Positions 1-12,947 of a stretch of DNA of 64,000 nt are shown here, piece by piece. The DNA is from Camelus dromedarius (lineage: Eukaryota). The notes under the pieces were generated by a model. That model searched no databases, was not told the DNA's origin, and saw only the letters and a list, made by a program, of their open reading frames with translations. The translations under genes were made by a program, and so were the position numbers. The stretch is from assembly GCF_036321535.1 (NCBI RefSeq), contig NC_087437.1, positions 48,486,001 through 48,550,000 of the forward strand. The letters are read 5' to 3'. Positions within the stretch are counted from its first letter, which is position 1, and every line of letters begins with the position of its first letter.

Positions 1-545
1 ATCAACAGAGGACTGGATAAAGAAGGTGTGGTATATTTATACAATGGAGTATTACTCAGCCATAAAAAAGAATAAAATAATGTCATTTGCAGCAACATGG
101 ACAGACCTGGAGATCATCATTCTAAGTGAAGTAAGCCAAAAAGAGAAAGAAAAATACCATATGCTATCACTCTTCTGTGGAATCTAAAAAACAAAACGAA
201 CAAACAAACAAAAAAGAAGATACTGATGAACTTTTCTACAAAACAGAAACAGACTCACAGACATAGTAAACAAGCTTATGGTTACCGGGAGAATGGGGGT
301 GAGAAGGGATAAATTGAGAGTTCAAGATTTACAAATACTAACTACGATACCTAAAATAGATGAAAAAAAAATTTCTTATGCATAACACAGGAAACTATAT
401 TCAATATCATGTAGTAACCTATAATGAAAAAGAATATTAAAATGAATATATATAATATATATATGTGTGTGTATATCACTGAAACATTATGCTGTACACC
501 AGAAATTGATATATTGTAACTGAATATACTTCAATTTTTAAAAAG
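1..545 (+). mobile_element. LINE-1 3' end (ORF2 C-terminus plus 3'UTR), cut by the window edge
   Basis: Typical L1 end motifs (TGGATAAAGAAGGTGTGGTATAT, TCATTTGCAGCAACATGGACAGACCTGGAGATCATCATTCTAAGTGAAGTAAGCCA, GCTGTACACCAGAAATTGA...ATACTTCAAT) followed by an A-rich tail. Confidence 0.95.
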
Positions 546-1326
546 TAATATTTTTGGTCAGGGTTGCTTGTAATCAATTAATCCTGGTCTCTAGAAAGAA
601 AAGAGGGGGCAATATAATAGAAAATTACACTCAAGTATAATGATTGGATTCTTTCCAACCTGGAAGTGAGATTAACACAAACAATAATACAACTACCACC
701 ATGGTGCTATGAGATTTGACTTAGACTGACATGGAAGCTCACTCTGCATTGTCCAGAAACCTTAGTGAGGACCTCAGATTCCTGTATTCTTCCAGTGGGA
801 TGGGTTGTGCCTGCACTCAACTCTCCAAACTTGTGACTCCCTTCCCTCAAGCAGAAGGGTCTGAAACTTACCACCCGCTGTAAGCTCTCTGGGTCTAGGG
901 CAGTCAAACTCACAGAAATCTCCTGAAAATAACTAAATTCAGGCTGCCTGGCATCCCAGATCTGCACCTCCTCCACCCTACTCTCAACTGAGAAGATTGC
1001 TTTCATGCTTTTCCTCCAAGGAGGAAGTCTTCCTAGCCTAGAATGTTACCTTCCTACATTGTGCCCCTGGCCTCAGCTTGCTTTTCTAGATAGGGGTCTG
1101 TGTGCTCCTTCACACTGGCTCTTGGGTCCTAAATTTCCCAGTAAACCTTTTCCTTAACCTATACCAAGTGATGTTAAAAATTTGACGTTAGCTACCTTGT
1201 ATAACAATCTTCTAAGGACATTCTGTACACAAAGAACGATGGCAGTCTGTGGTGAAAGGTTTATATAATAACCCTACTGGCATGGAAAGAATATAGATTA
1301 TTCCTCTGCCATCATCTGCACAACTA

Positions 1327-2385
1327 CAGTCGCTCCTCATTATTCACAAATTCCATACCTGCAAATTCACCTACTCATTAAAATTTATTTGCAGCCTCAA
1401 AATCAATGCTCAGATTCTCTCATGGTCATTCATGAACATGCACAGAATAGAGAATAATTTTCCCAGCTGAGGTCATACAAGGAAACATTTACCTTCCTGT
1501 CTCCTTGTCTCCTCTAATACTATAAACAACTGTCCTTTTTTGTGGTCTATTTAGCGCCATGTTTTTTGCATCTTTGAGCTTTTTCTTCATGATTCTGCTG
1601 TATAAAATGGCCCCCAAGCATAGTGCTGAAATGCTACCTAGTGTTCTGAAGTGTGAAAAGGCTGTGACGTGCCTTATGAAGAAAATACATGTTAAATAAG
1701 CTTCCATCAGCTGGGAGTTATAGTGCTGTTGGCCAAGAGTTCAATGCTAATGAATCAATAAAATGACACATCTAGAAAAAAAAATAGGAAATTTACTGAT
1801 CTGTACACGAAGCCATCCTGGAAGTGCTAAAGTAACATCTATAGTGTGTGACGGAGCTGTGGATAAGATGGAAAAATGGCTAAGTCTGTCAATTTATCAG
1901 ATGACAATCAATTTAAAAAGCACAGCAGACAGTACTGTTGTGAGGCTGAAAGTCAAAGAAATTTATGGTTATGTTATCTCGGGTAAGGAAAATGTTAAAC
2001 CCTTCTTAGCTAGTGCTGGCTGCTTGCATGTTTCTAAAGGAAATACAGGGTGAAAGATGTTAAATTTGCAGGTAAGGTTAGGTTCTGCAGAACAGGAAGT
2101 TGTGGAAGAATTTTTAAAATACCTGCTATGTGTTATAAAGGAAAAGGGTTATGTGGAAAAGCAGGTTTTCTATGCCAACAGGACTGACTTGTTTTACAAG
2201 GACGCTGGCAAATGACCTATGTAATGCAAACGGCATTTCAATGGCATTTTGGTTGATGAAAATGCTGTGACTGAAGGCTCATGGAAATCTAACCCTGTAT
2301 TTCCAACGGGAGTAATAGCTCAGTGTTCGATAATTCAGTGTTTGTCACAACTTTACAGAAGATTACTAACATGGAGATTAGACTG
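1327..2385 (+). mobile_element. TcMar-Tigger DNA transposon, internally deleted (MER82-like; subfamily tentative)
   Basis: Termini CAGTC...GACTG flanked by TA on both sides (1325-1326, 2386-2387). Decayed transposase N-terminus: MAPKHSAE..., DKMEKWLSL...VKEIYG...FLASAG (CENP-B-type HTH) and a QVFYAN.T.LFYK-like stretch resembling QVFNADETGLFWK. Confidence 0.9.
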
Positions 2386-2817
2386 TATTAGGGTCAATGC
2401 AGTAAGGAAATGTTTTTCATTTAAATGGAGAGTTGGTAAATGTCAATCTTTGGGGATCAACAGAAACAAGAGAGCTGCTGAGTGCAGTCTGTCTTTATAG
2501 AACAAGAACATTCCATCAACTCTGACCTCTTTTCTCTCCCTCTTGAGCTAATGGGTGTTTCTCAACCCTTTGACACTCAGAGGGAGCTAGGCCTTTTCCT
2601 GCAATGCAGGCACTCACTAAAAGTAAGTAATTTTCTGAGGATGTAGAGATGCTCCTGCACTAGTAAAAAGCTACTCTCAATGGAAGTGTCTTGTGTGGGA
2701 GTGCCAGAATCAATCACTGACTCTGGCATTCCTGGTGTCCTTCAGGTCTGGAATTCTCTGTGAGAGAGTAAAAAAGAATACAAATGCACGATAGAAGAGA
2801 TTAATTAAAAACTCTTT

Positions 2818-2995
2818 GAGAGGGTACAGCTCAGTAGTAGAGTGCATGCTTAGCATGCATGAGGCCCTGGGTTCAATCCTCAGTACCCCCATTAAAATAA
2901 ATAAGTAAACAAATAAACCTAATTACTTTCTCCCAAAACAAAAGCAAACAAACAAAAAATAAATATAATATTAAATAAATAAATAAATATATAAG
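2818..2995 (+). mobile_element. tRNA(Ala)-derived SINE, camelid Vic-1-like
   Basis: GGGTACAGCTCAGTAGTAGAGTGCATGCTTAGCATGCATGAGGCCCTGGGTTCAATCCTCAGTACC with A and B boxes, followed by an AAAT-rich tail. Confidence 0.9.
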
Positions 2996-3134
2996 TAAAA
3001 TTTCTGTGACTCTGTGGTCCTGATTTTGAATTCAGAGAATTAGTATGAACTGATAATTATTTTATTTTCAGGAGGAAGAAGAGGAAGTTGCTGACCAGGC
3101 AGAGGAGGAGGATGCATAAGAGAAATATAAAGTA

Positions 3135-3228
3135 ATATATACACATGTATGTATATACACATGTAACTATATGTATGTTTATGTGTGTGTGTACATATAT
3201 ATGCGTGTGTGTGTGTGTGTATATATCT
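3135..3228. repeat. (TA)n/(TG)n compound microsatellite
   Basis: Directly visible alternating dinucleotide tracts. Confidence 0.9.
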
Positions 3229-3581
3229 CCTCTCTCCACAGAAAAGATCTATTAACAATGGCTTACATTATAAATTTATATTGCATTAATAGGCCAAATT
3301 TGAAAATTTCTATGATCATGATTTCTTACAGCTATAATTTAGAGATTTAAAACATAATACAAAATAATTTTTCAAGTTTAAGAGTAAAGATAAATAAAAA
3401 TTACGAGCTGTGTAGAATGAACAATTAAGTCATTGCATATTGAAATCTGTGGGATGCAGCCAAGGTAATATTCAGAGGGACATTAATAAGCCAAAACACA
3501 TTTATTATTAACCAAGAAGAACTGAAAGTAAATGACATAAGCTTTTGATTGAATAAACATGAAAGGACAAAATAAACCAAG

Positions 3582-3900
3582 TATTAGACATGGAGATTCA
3601 CCACCAGATCTCCCTTCAAGGAAAGACTTTCTGCCCAGGGACAGAAAAGAAGTGTGGTCAGAAGGCAGCCTCCAGTTGCCAGCTGCTTCAGGGTCTACCT
3701 CAGCTACAAAAAGCCCCTATATCCAACTTTCCCAGAGTAGCCTGTACCTGAAGGAGGTGGGGTATAAAGAACTATTTGACCCACTGAAGACAACTCTGAT
3801 GGGCAGTTCCCACATCAGAGCTCCTGGCCAAGGCTTTGCTTAGCCTACACAACAGTTCTTTTTCTCCTTCTGTCCAGTTCTACTTTGTTTTCCTTCAATT
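3582..3900 (+). mobile_element. ERVL LTR16-family solo LTR fragment
   Basis: GC-richer island (CCACCAGATCTCCCTTCAAGG...CAGCTGCTTCAGGGTCTACCTCAGC) that resembles the LTR16 consensus as I recall it. Confidence 0.55.
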
Positions 3901-4039
3901 CACAATAGATACAAATAACAGAACAAAAAGTTGTCTTACAAAATAAAAAACCAAAAAAATACAATAGATAAAATTCAGATAAGACTGACCACAAAAATTT
4001 ATAAAGGGCACAAGTAAACAAGATCAAGATTTTAAACAG

Positions 4040-5622
4040 GGTTTAATTAGATCCCATTTGTTTATTTTTGCTTTTATTTCCATTACTCTAGGAGCTGGTT
4101 TGAAAAAAATCTTGCTGAAATTTATGTCAAAGAATGCTCTGTCTATGTTTTCCTCTAGGAGTTTTACAGTATCGTCTTTCATTTAGGTCTTTAATCCATT
4201 TTGAGTTTATTTTTGTATATGGTGTTAGAGAATGCTCTAATTTCATCCTGTTACATGTAGCTGTCCAGTTTTCCCAGCACCACTTATTGAAGAGACTGTC
4301 TTTTTTCCACTGTATATTCTTGCCTCCTTTGTCATAAGTGTGTGGGTTTATTTCTGGACTTTCTATCCTATTCCATTGCTCTATGTGTCTGTTTTTGTGC
4401 CAGTACCATACTCTTTTGATTACTGTAGCTTTGCAGTATAGTCTGAAGTCAGGGGCATGATTCCCCTAGCTCTATTCTTCTTTCTCAAGATTATTTCATC
4501 TATTCAGGGTCTTTTGTGTTTTCATACAAATTTTTAACATTTTTTTGTTCCATTTCTGTGAAAAATGTCATTGGTAATTTGATAGGGATTGCACTGAATC
4601 TGTATATTGCCTTGGGTATTATGGCCACTTTAATGATATTGATTCCTCCAATCCAAGAACATGCTATATCTTTCCATCTGTTTGTGTCATCTTCAGTGTC
4701 TTTCATTAGTATCTTATAGTTTTCAGAGTACAGGTCTTTTCCTTCTTAGGTAGGTTTATTCCTAGGTATTTTGTTCTTTTGAAATGATGGTAAATGGGAC
4801 TGTTTCCTTAATTTCTTTATCTGATATTTTCTTGTTAGTGTATAGAAATGCAACTGATTTCTATATGTTAATTTTTTATCCTGAAATTTTACCAAATTCA
4901 TTGATGAGCTCTAGCAGTTTTCTGGTAGTGTCTTTAGGATTTCCTATGTATAGTATCATGTCATTGGCAAATAATGACAGTTTTACTTCTTCTTTTCCAA
5001 TTTGGATTACTTTTTTTCTTTTCTTTTCTTTTCTGATTACTGTGGCTAGGACTTCCAAAACTATGTTGAATAGAATAAAAGTGGTGACAGTGGGCATCCT
5101 TGTCTTGTTCCTGATCTTAAGAGGAATTGCTTTCAGCTTTCCACCATTGAGTAAGATGTTAGCTGTGGATTTGTCATATACAGCCTTTATTATGTTGAGG
5201 TATGTCCCCTTTATGTCCACTCTCTGGAGAGTTTTTATCATAAATGGATGTTGAATTTTATGAAAAGCTTTTTCTGCATCTATTGAGATGATCTATTTAC
5301 AAACCAAAAATAGACTCACAGACATAGAAAACAAACTGTGTTTACCAAAGGTGATAGGGTGGGGGAGAGATAAATTAGGAGTTTGGAATTAACAGATATA
5401 CATAAATATATATAAAATAGATAAACAACAAGGACCTACTGCTTAGCACAGTGTACTATATTCAATTTTTTGTAATAACATATAATGGAAAAGAATCTGA
5501 AAAAATATATATATGTATAACTGAATTGCTTTGCTGTATACCTGAAACTAACATTGTAAGTCAACCACACTGCAATAAATGAATAAATAAATAAAACAAA
5601 TATAATGATAATGAAAAAAAAA
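4040..5622 (+). mobile_element. 5'-inverted LINE-1: ORF2 RT region on the minus strand (4040-5293) joined to a plus-strand 3'UTR and poly(A) (5294-5622)
   Basis: Minus ORFs 4876-5241 ([13 protein letters not shown]...[16 protein letters not shown]) and 4500-4706 ([14 protein letters not shown]) are L1 ORF2 RT. The strand switches abruptly at ~5294. Confidence 0.92.
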
Positions 5623-8035
5623 ATTTAAAATGGAGGCAAAACTGCAGAGACAGATATAGTCAACTTTATACTAATATATTTTACAAGTTAGATAAAATGC
5701 AGTTTTCACTCTGTGTTCTCCTCTCCAGGAAAACAAACAAACAAAAAGACTAAAATTGGCAGAATAAGGAGTCAGTTTATGAAGAAAAACTGGACCAACA
5801 AACATAAAAGTAGCTAATATACTCCCAAAACAAGGTAGCAGGCCCAGATTGGGTGAGTTTTACAAAACCTAAAAAAAAAAGACAAGCTGTTTTGAAGCAC
5901 AGAAAAAGATGAGACGCTCTCCAATTCATTTCTGAGACAAGCATCATTCTACTATCAAATAGATATAGATTCTAATACCTATTAAATGAAGACAGCACAA
6001 AGAAAGACAAATGTCATAAATGTAGATGCAAACTTCTGAAATCAAATATTAACAAACTGAATACAACAGCCAGTAAAAATAATCATAAATAATAACCAAG
6101 TAGGTTTTATCCAATAAATGCAAGAATAATTTAACATAACAGAATTGATCATGTAATACACTATATTAACAATCTAAAGGAGAAAATTATATAATATAAA
6201 TAGATATTTTTAAAAATTGATAGAATCCAATATCCGAAATCAGAATCATATTTTAAAACCCTTAGTTAACTAAGAATGGAAAGTAAATTTCTAATTTTAT
6301 ATAGGGTAACCATCAGAAATTTCAGCAAACGTTCATTTTATAGTGAAATTTTAGAAGGCATTCCATTAATGCCAGGAATAAGACCAGGATGACACAACCA
6401 TTCAACTCTTCAACATTGCAATATAAGCTCCAGCTAATGCAGTAAGATCTGGAGCAAGAATGAGTGAATAATAACTGAAGAGGCATAAGGGATGTAAAGA
6501 TTGGAAAGTAAAGACAAACTGTCAATTTCTGCAAACAGTGTAACAGTCAATTTAGGAAATAGAAGAGAATCAAAAGACAAGCTTATTCACAATAGCAAGA
6601 GAAGTCACAAAGTACTCAAGAAGAAATCTAACAGGAAATGCAAGACATTTATGAAAAAAACTAAGAAAAACTTTTCTGAAATATATAAAAGAGTTTGCTA
6701 AGTGGGAATATAACATATTTATAGGCAGGAAGTTTGTTTATTGGAAGGATATCAATACTCCCAGGATTAATTTATTGATTATTGATTTATTGACTATTAA
6801 TTTATTGATTCAGTGCAATCCAATCAAAATACCATAAGAAGTTTCATCAAATTTTTGACAAAGTTTTTAAAAATGCACAGTGAACAAGAAAAGCCATAAT
6901 CATTTTTAATACAAATAAAGGTAGTATCTATCGACACCAGCTAGAAATCAAGACAAGCTCTAAAATTAAAGTAATTAATATAATATGGCCTTGGTTCAGG
7001 AACAAAATAGATCGATGGAACACAACAGAGCATCCTGAAACTGAGTCATGTATGTAAATAAGGAAATATAAAATAAAGGTAGTAACCCAAATCATGTTAA
7101 TTCCCAACTTCAGAATATGCCCCCAAATGTAAAAATATGATAGAAAAATACAGGTAAATATGTTTTTGACTTTGAGGTAGAGATGATCTTCTTCAGTATA
7201 ACACAAGAACAGAAGCCCTAAAGTTAAAAAAAAATCTGTATTTTTAAAGACAGCATAAACATGGTAACAAAATGAGAGGTAAATATTTACAATATATATA
7301 ATAGTCTAAGGGTTAGTAACTTGAATATATAAAGAACTTTAACTCAATCAGAAAAAGACAGAGACCTGCTCCCTCCACCATCATATGAGCAGTTCACAGA
7401 AAAGGAAACATAAATGGCAATGCACATGAAAGAAAGAACCCCCAAAGCAATGGTAATCATAGAAATGTATATTAAAACAACACACTGAAATGACAAAAAT
7501 TTAAATTTTGCTATTAAATATTAGTGAAGATGCATAAAATGCATCATACACTGCTGACTGAAAGCATAAACTGGCAAAGGCCCTAAGGAGGACAATTTTG
7601 TGTTTGTTCAAATATAAAGTGGCACACATCTTACATCCAAGCAGTTCCATTGTCTCACCTAGAGAATTACACATATGCTCTAGAAGATGTGCTTAAGGTT
7701 GCTCATAACGGATTGTGATAAAGAAAACTTTGAAACTATTTACATGTCTATCAAAAGGGAAATAGGGACCATAAACCTGGGACTCCCCACCTTATGTAAT
7801 ATGTAGCAGTTAAAATAAAAAATATATTAATAAGAATGAATTTAAATACATCTTTTCTAAGACAGATTATCAGATCAAAGCAAGTTGTAGATAAACACCA
7901 AAAAATAAAACTATATATCTGTAGGGATGCATATATATTTTGGTAAATGCGAAAAAAAATCTAGAAGGAATATACCAAAGGGATAACAGTTCATTTCTGA
8001 GGAGATGGTACTGAATAATGATTTATGGGTAGCAG

Positions 8036-8530
8036 TAAGGTAGGCAAAACAATGGGCCCCCAAAATGTCCATTTTCCAAGAACCTGTGACTATGTTAGGT
8101 TACATAACAAAGGGGAATTGAGATAATAGAATGCGTTAAGGTTGCTAATCAAATGACCTTAAAATACAGATATTATTATGGATTATCCACCCAGTGGGCC
8201 CAGTGTAATTACAAAGGTCCTTAAAAGTGGAAGAGGGAGGCAGGAGAGAGAGAACCAAACAGATAGTAGCATGAGAAAGATTTGGCTTGATATTGCTGGT
8301 CTTGAAGATGGAGGATGGGGCCACAAGTCACAGAGTAAGGGTGGCCCCTAGAAGCTGGAAAATGTAAGGATATGGATTTTTCCCTAGAGCCTCCAAAAAG
8401 AACACAGCCCTGCTGACACCTTAGTTTTATCCCAGTGAGACCCATTTCCGACTTCTGACCTCCAGAACTGTAAGATAAATTTGTAATATTTAAGCCATTA
8501 CATTGTGGTAATTTCATTATACAAAAGAGA
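8036..8530 (+). mobile_element. ERVL-MaLR solo LTR, MLT1D-like
   Basis: AATGGGCCCCCAAAATGTCC...AACCTGTGACTATGTTAGGTTAC...GGTCCTTAAAAGTGGAAGAGGGAGGCAG...CTTCTGACCTCCAGAACTGTAAGATAAATTTG. Confidence 0.88.
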
Positions 8531-8789
8531 AGGCTAATTTGTTATATAATAATAAGGTTAAAAAAAGAGACTTTTGGCTCACCTGTAATACGTCAGTTTT
8601 TTAACTATAGAAAACCAATTTATATAATTTCAAGTTACGTGGAAATGTATCTGTGCGTAACTTCCTTTTTTTAGGTAAAGGAAAAGAAAAGGTAGTAGCT
8701 AAATGCCACCACTATCACTATTTTTATTATTATTAATACTTTATGCTTATTTGTTTTGTTTGTTCATTTAATTCTAATGCAGCATTATA

Positions 8790-9240
8790 CAAATTGGCAC
8801 TGACTGTCATAAAAGAGGAATGACTGCCTAAGCGTGAAGGAGTTTTGAGGTTCATTCTGAAGGCTTGTGTATTCTGCAGCTGGTCTCCAGACACTGCAGA
8901 TCACTTTTTTTAAGCGTCACACTGCTATATCTATTAAACTAAATTCTGTGAAAAGTCTCAGCACTTGGATGTTAAACGAGGAACAAAGACAAATCTCGAT
9001 CCAAATGCTTCTGTAAACAGATGTTGTTAGTTTGTAGCATCAGCATGATCTATCCCACTCTGAATCTACAACTTGAGTAGCTGCTGTGCTTGTGAGGCTG
9101 CAACCTAATTCATTTGATAACTACAATTACCAAATCTAGACTTTGCTGACTACAGAGTTCAAAAGAACTGCGTGGAAGGAAGACCTACTGAGAACTTCGG
9201 AAGCTATCAATAAGCTCTCAAAGCAGTTTAAAGTACTAAA
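8790..9240 (-). pseudogene. Candidate decayed terminal exon of an unidentified minus-strand gene
   Basis: Non-repetitive island with balanced composition. One minus frame reads ...QHLFTEAFGSRFVFVPRLTSKC*...SAVSGDQLQNTQAFRMNLKTPSRLGSHSSFMTVSAN with several stops. Boundaries uncertain. Confidence 0.25.
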
Positions 9241-10239
9241 CAACTTCAGTTGAAAAAGTAATACAGTGTTTGTCATTTATACATGTATGCAAGATTTCTA
9301 TTCCCCTTATTTTCAAAAAGTGCTTAAGAAAAGCCACACATATGCAATTAGAAACCAAACAAGTTGATAAAAGGAGAGTGATAGATGTCATACCAACTTG
9401 AGAGAAGTTAGTGAAATATTTACTCTGGATTTCCTGGCAGCTAAAACAAAAGGAGAAAAGCTCTGAAATGCATTAAGGCAGTATTAGAAATGTTAATTTA
9501 TTGCCAAGTTTTTCATTGTTTGATAGAAGAAATCATGCAAGTCATTTTTTCAGAGATAGAATTTCACTTGGCACTAATGTTAAGGAAGATTTTATGGCAT
9601 ATATCTATAAATGAGAAACAATGGATAAATCAATGTGTAATTTTGTCAACCAAGGAGCCATCTATAAAATTGAGAGCATACATGATACTAAATCTTCACT
9701 CCATAAAATTATTTCTCCAGAGTGTGGTGATAATACCATTCAGCTATATTGCTTTCAGATGGTCTAACTTTAATATGGATGGAGAAGGTAGACAAACTAG
9801 AAAAAAAAAAAAAAGATAATTAATTTGTTCACTAAGCAGTTTTTCAAATATTAGATTCATAAATTAGTTTTGGGAATTCATGGCTGAATTCCCTTATTAG
9901 TAAGTGCCAATATTGTGTTTTATGAACTAAATAGGGCTTCAGATATTTTAGAGAATATGTATGAGGGACAGAGTTCCCACTCAGCTATGGAAATGTACAG
10001 GAAAAGGTAACAGCAGGCCAACTTCAGTAGGAGTATACACTAACTTTAAAAGTAATTACAGTAAACATTAATATTTTCTTAAAAAAATTTTTTTAATTCC
10101 TAGGCAGCTATCTTGAGTATCTAATTAAAACTTCCAAGTTTTGTGCTATATATGAAAGAAACAATTTTGGAATAGGTAGTGGACAACCAATATTCCTTTC
10201 CCAACAGCCCTGGCTATCCAAAGTAGGGATCCATGTAGT

Positions 10240-10700
10240 TCTAAGAATGCTTCTTTTGCCACAGCCAACTCACATTAGTCAGGCTGGCCAATTAGCACCA
10301 TCCATTTCCCTGGCCATAGTAATTATTCAGGAGTAGGCATGTGACCCAAGCCAGTTCAATTAGAATGAATCTTAGGACTTGACTTGAATTATTGGGACTA
10401 ATCTGCTCTTTTCAAATCCTTTCCGAAGCTGTTGTTGTGTGACTGAGACTGAAAGCCATGATGTCCAGTTTTACTACTGTAAAGAAACTCACTTTGAGGG
10501 TGAAACTGACACAAGCAGGATGTCAGAGTCAAAAGAATCACAGAGAAATGATTCTGGAGATCTGATTGCACCATGGGTCTCTGGATCAAACCATTCCAAA
10601 TAAAAAAACTAGATTTTTCAGTTTCATGAACCAGTAAATTTCCTTATTTTATAAGCTATGTTAAATTATATTTTCCATTATTTGTGAACAGAAGCATTTG
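10240..10700 (+). mobile_element. ERVL-MaLR LTR (MLT1K/L-like)
   Basis: GGCTGGCCAATTAGCACCATCCATTTCCCTGGCCATAGTAATT...GGCATGTGACCCAAGCCAG...TTCAGTTTCATGAACCAGTAAATTTCC. Confidence 0.75.
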
Positions 10701-11377
10701 CTAGCTTTTATTTCAGTTATCAAAGAACCTACCCTACACATTAAAATAAAATAAAAAACTTCCTTTATGAGCTACTTTTAAATTGAACTACATTCTGATG
10801 GGTCTACAAAGACAAGTTAGGAAGAAAAGTATTCTCAGGTAACTCAATGGAAGACCTTCTGGTTGAGATTCTCTTGGATTGCTCATTTACATATGAGAAA
10901 ATATGTGACAAAATTAATTATTTCAGTCCTAATATAGTTAAAGCTTTCTTGTTTTGTTCTGACAATAATAAAGTCAACAGATTCAGTTTCTTAAGAAGTT
11001 AGAATAAGAAATCCATATCATTAATCTAGAAAACGTTGTTTACCTTTATTTTGACATAACTGGTGACCTGGATCATTTACACTGCATAAATGAGCCCAAG
11101 ATTTTCAATATTCAAGGATTAAGGCAGTGTTATTAGACAATTGCTTTTTCCTATGCCAAATTCCCACTGAAATGAATAACGGAATATACAATTATGCATC
11201 AACTTTGTAAAACAAAGGTGAAAGCTATCCTTAATGTTTGAAAGTTGGGAGAATTTCTACTAGATACATACCAATAGTCTGAGGAAGGTATTGAAGGATG
11301 ACACACACAATTCTCCATTCAGAGGATGTGGCATGTGCAAGATAAAAACCAAAGGAATTCTCAAGACATCTCCTTAC

Positions 11378-11469
11378 CTCAGAGATCCCACCACTCAAGG
11401 CTTCAGTCTAAAGGTCTCTGACTAACAATAGTGAGACAATGGAGTGATATTTGGAAGCCCTGAAGTTTC
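11378..11469 (-). pseudogene. Candidate exon (92 nt) of the minus-strand decayed gene or lncRNA
   Basis: Acceptor tgtgcag| and strong donor GAG|gtaagg; the two frames I translated contain stops. Confidence 0.3.
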
Positions 11470-11599
11470 CTGCACATACTGATCATCAGCCTAAATATAG
11501 TAGAGACACTCAATGAATAAATTAATGATTTTGAGCAAAGATCATGACTAGCACACTGGACACTGCCAAACTCAAAATGAAATTTAAGATTAAATTCAA

Positions 11600-12530
11600 G
11601 AATTTTTTTCCATCTTAGAGAAAAGAAGATAAAGACAAAGAGAGAAAAGAGAAATGACAAAACAAGAAAATCAACCTATAAATATCAATAATTATTTTTA
11701 AAAAACAGCAGAAGGAGCAGAAGCAATAATCAAATAATAGTGAAAAATCTTCAAGTAATTGAAAAAAATTATGTTTTAGGAAAAATTTTAATATACAGTC
11801 CCTTGATGACTTTTAAGAAGGATTCTATTGTTGGATAATGAATAATCCCATAGAAAGTAAACATATTCTGTTCAAGGAAAGGGATATAAAAAGACATGGG
11901 GATTATAAAACATGTTGGAGGAAGCAAAAGCTGAAGTCAGGGAAGTAGGGAAAACAAAGTAGCTGAGAAGTGAGAGAAGGCAAAAGATCTCAAATGAGTA
12001 TTTGGGGAAGAAAATGATGTACCTTCCATAAAAGAATCATTTTCCTCCATTTCCCAATTAAAAATTTAGATAAAATATATACTGTTCACTAGTGCTTTGG
12101 AGGTGTTCTCAGCATTAGGAGACAATGCATTGTGCTCAAATCCTGCCTCAAAGTTAATGTGAGACAAGAATGGAGGCTACCCATGAGTCACATCCAGACT
12201 GCACACAAGTAACTCTCTTGCTTTAAAGAAAAACTTTGGTCTAAAAATTCAAAATCTACATCATATTTGTGACAAACTAACTGAAAAAAAAAAAAGTATG
12301 TAGGCCAATTCTTTTGGAATTTTCAAACTTTCAAGAGAAAGAATCCAATAAGCTTTGAAAGAAAAAAATACCAGATTATTCTCAAGGAACAAAAGTTGGC
12401 ATGACCCAAACTACTTCACAACACTAAACAGTAGAGTAACAATGGAGTAACATCTATAGGATGCTGAGAGGGGAAAATGTGCCTTAAGAATAAAAGAGCT
12501 AACCAAGATTTTCCTGTGTAAGGAAAGACA
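11600..12530 (+). mobile_element. Old L1ME/HAL1-like ORF1 remnant
   Basis: A-rich purine strand with decayed ORF1 C-terminal motifs (AGAAAGAATCC...CAATGGAGTAACATCTATAGGATGCTGAGAG). Confidence 0.5.
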
Positions 12531-12542
12531 TTTTGAGTGTCC

Positions 12543-12904
12543 AAAAAAAGGACACAAATGAACTTATTTACAAAACAGAGATAGACTTACAGACATGGGA
12601 CAAACTTATGGTTACCCGGAGGGAAAAAGGGTGGGGATGGATAAACTGGGAGCTCGGGATGTCTAGATACTAACTACTATATATAAAATAGATAAACAAC
12701 ATGTGTCTACTGTATAGCACAGGGAACTACATTCAATACCTTGTAATGGCCTGTAATGAAAAAGAATATGAAAAGGAATATGTGTGTGTGTGTGTGTATA
12801 TTTATATATATAAAACTGTATATATATAAAACTGAATCACTATGCTGTACACCAGAAATTAACACAACATTGTAAACTGACTATACTTCAATTAAAAAAA
12901 AAAA
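12543..12904 (+). mobile_element. 5'-truncated LINE-1 3'UTR
   Basis: GACACAAATGAACTTATTTACAAAACAG...GCTGTACACCAGAAATTAACACAACATTGTAAACTGACTATACTTCAATTAAAAAAA. Confidence 0.93.
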
Positions 12905-12947
12905 CTACAGGCTTTGGAAGGAAAAGAACATAGGCATTTCTCAGTAC

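Larger units (their letters stand above)
3290..8030 (+). mobile_element. Old, highly decayed L1M-type LINE (ORF2 to 3'UTR), interrupted by an LTR and a younger L1
   Basis: Degenerate ORF2 motifs in colinear order: AAATCTGTGGGATGCAGCCAAGG, CAGGCCCAGATTGGGTGAGTTTTAC, CAATTCATTTCTGAGAC, GGCATTCCATTAATGCCAGGAATAAGACCAGGATG, TGGCCTTGGTTCAGGAACAAAATAGATCGATGGAAC. Confidence 0.8.

Noticed and set aside
2818..2890. tRNA-Ala gene (also 38452-38520)
   Set aside because: Acceptor stem is imperfect, there are A-rich tails, and the sequence matches a SINE head; these are retroposed copies, not tRNA genes.
4784..5254. 156-aa plus-strand ORF with hydrophobic stretches
   Set aside because: It is the antisense frame of L1 ORF2.
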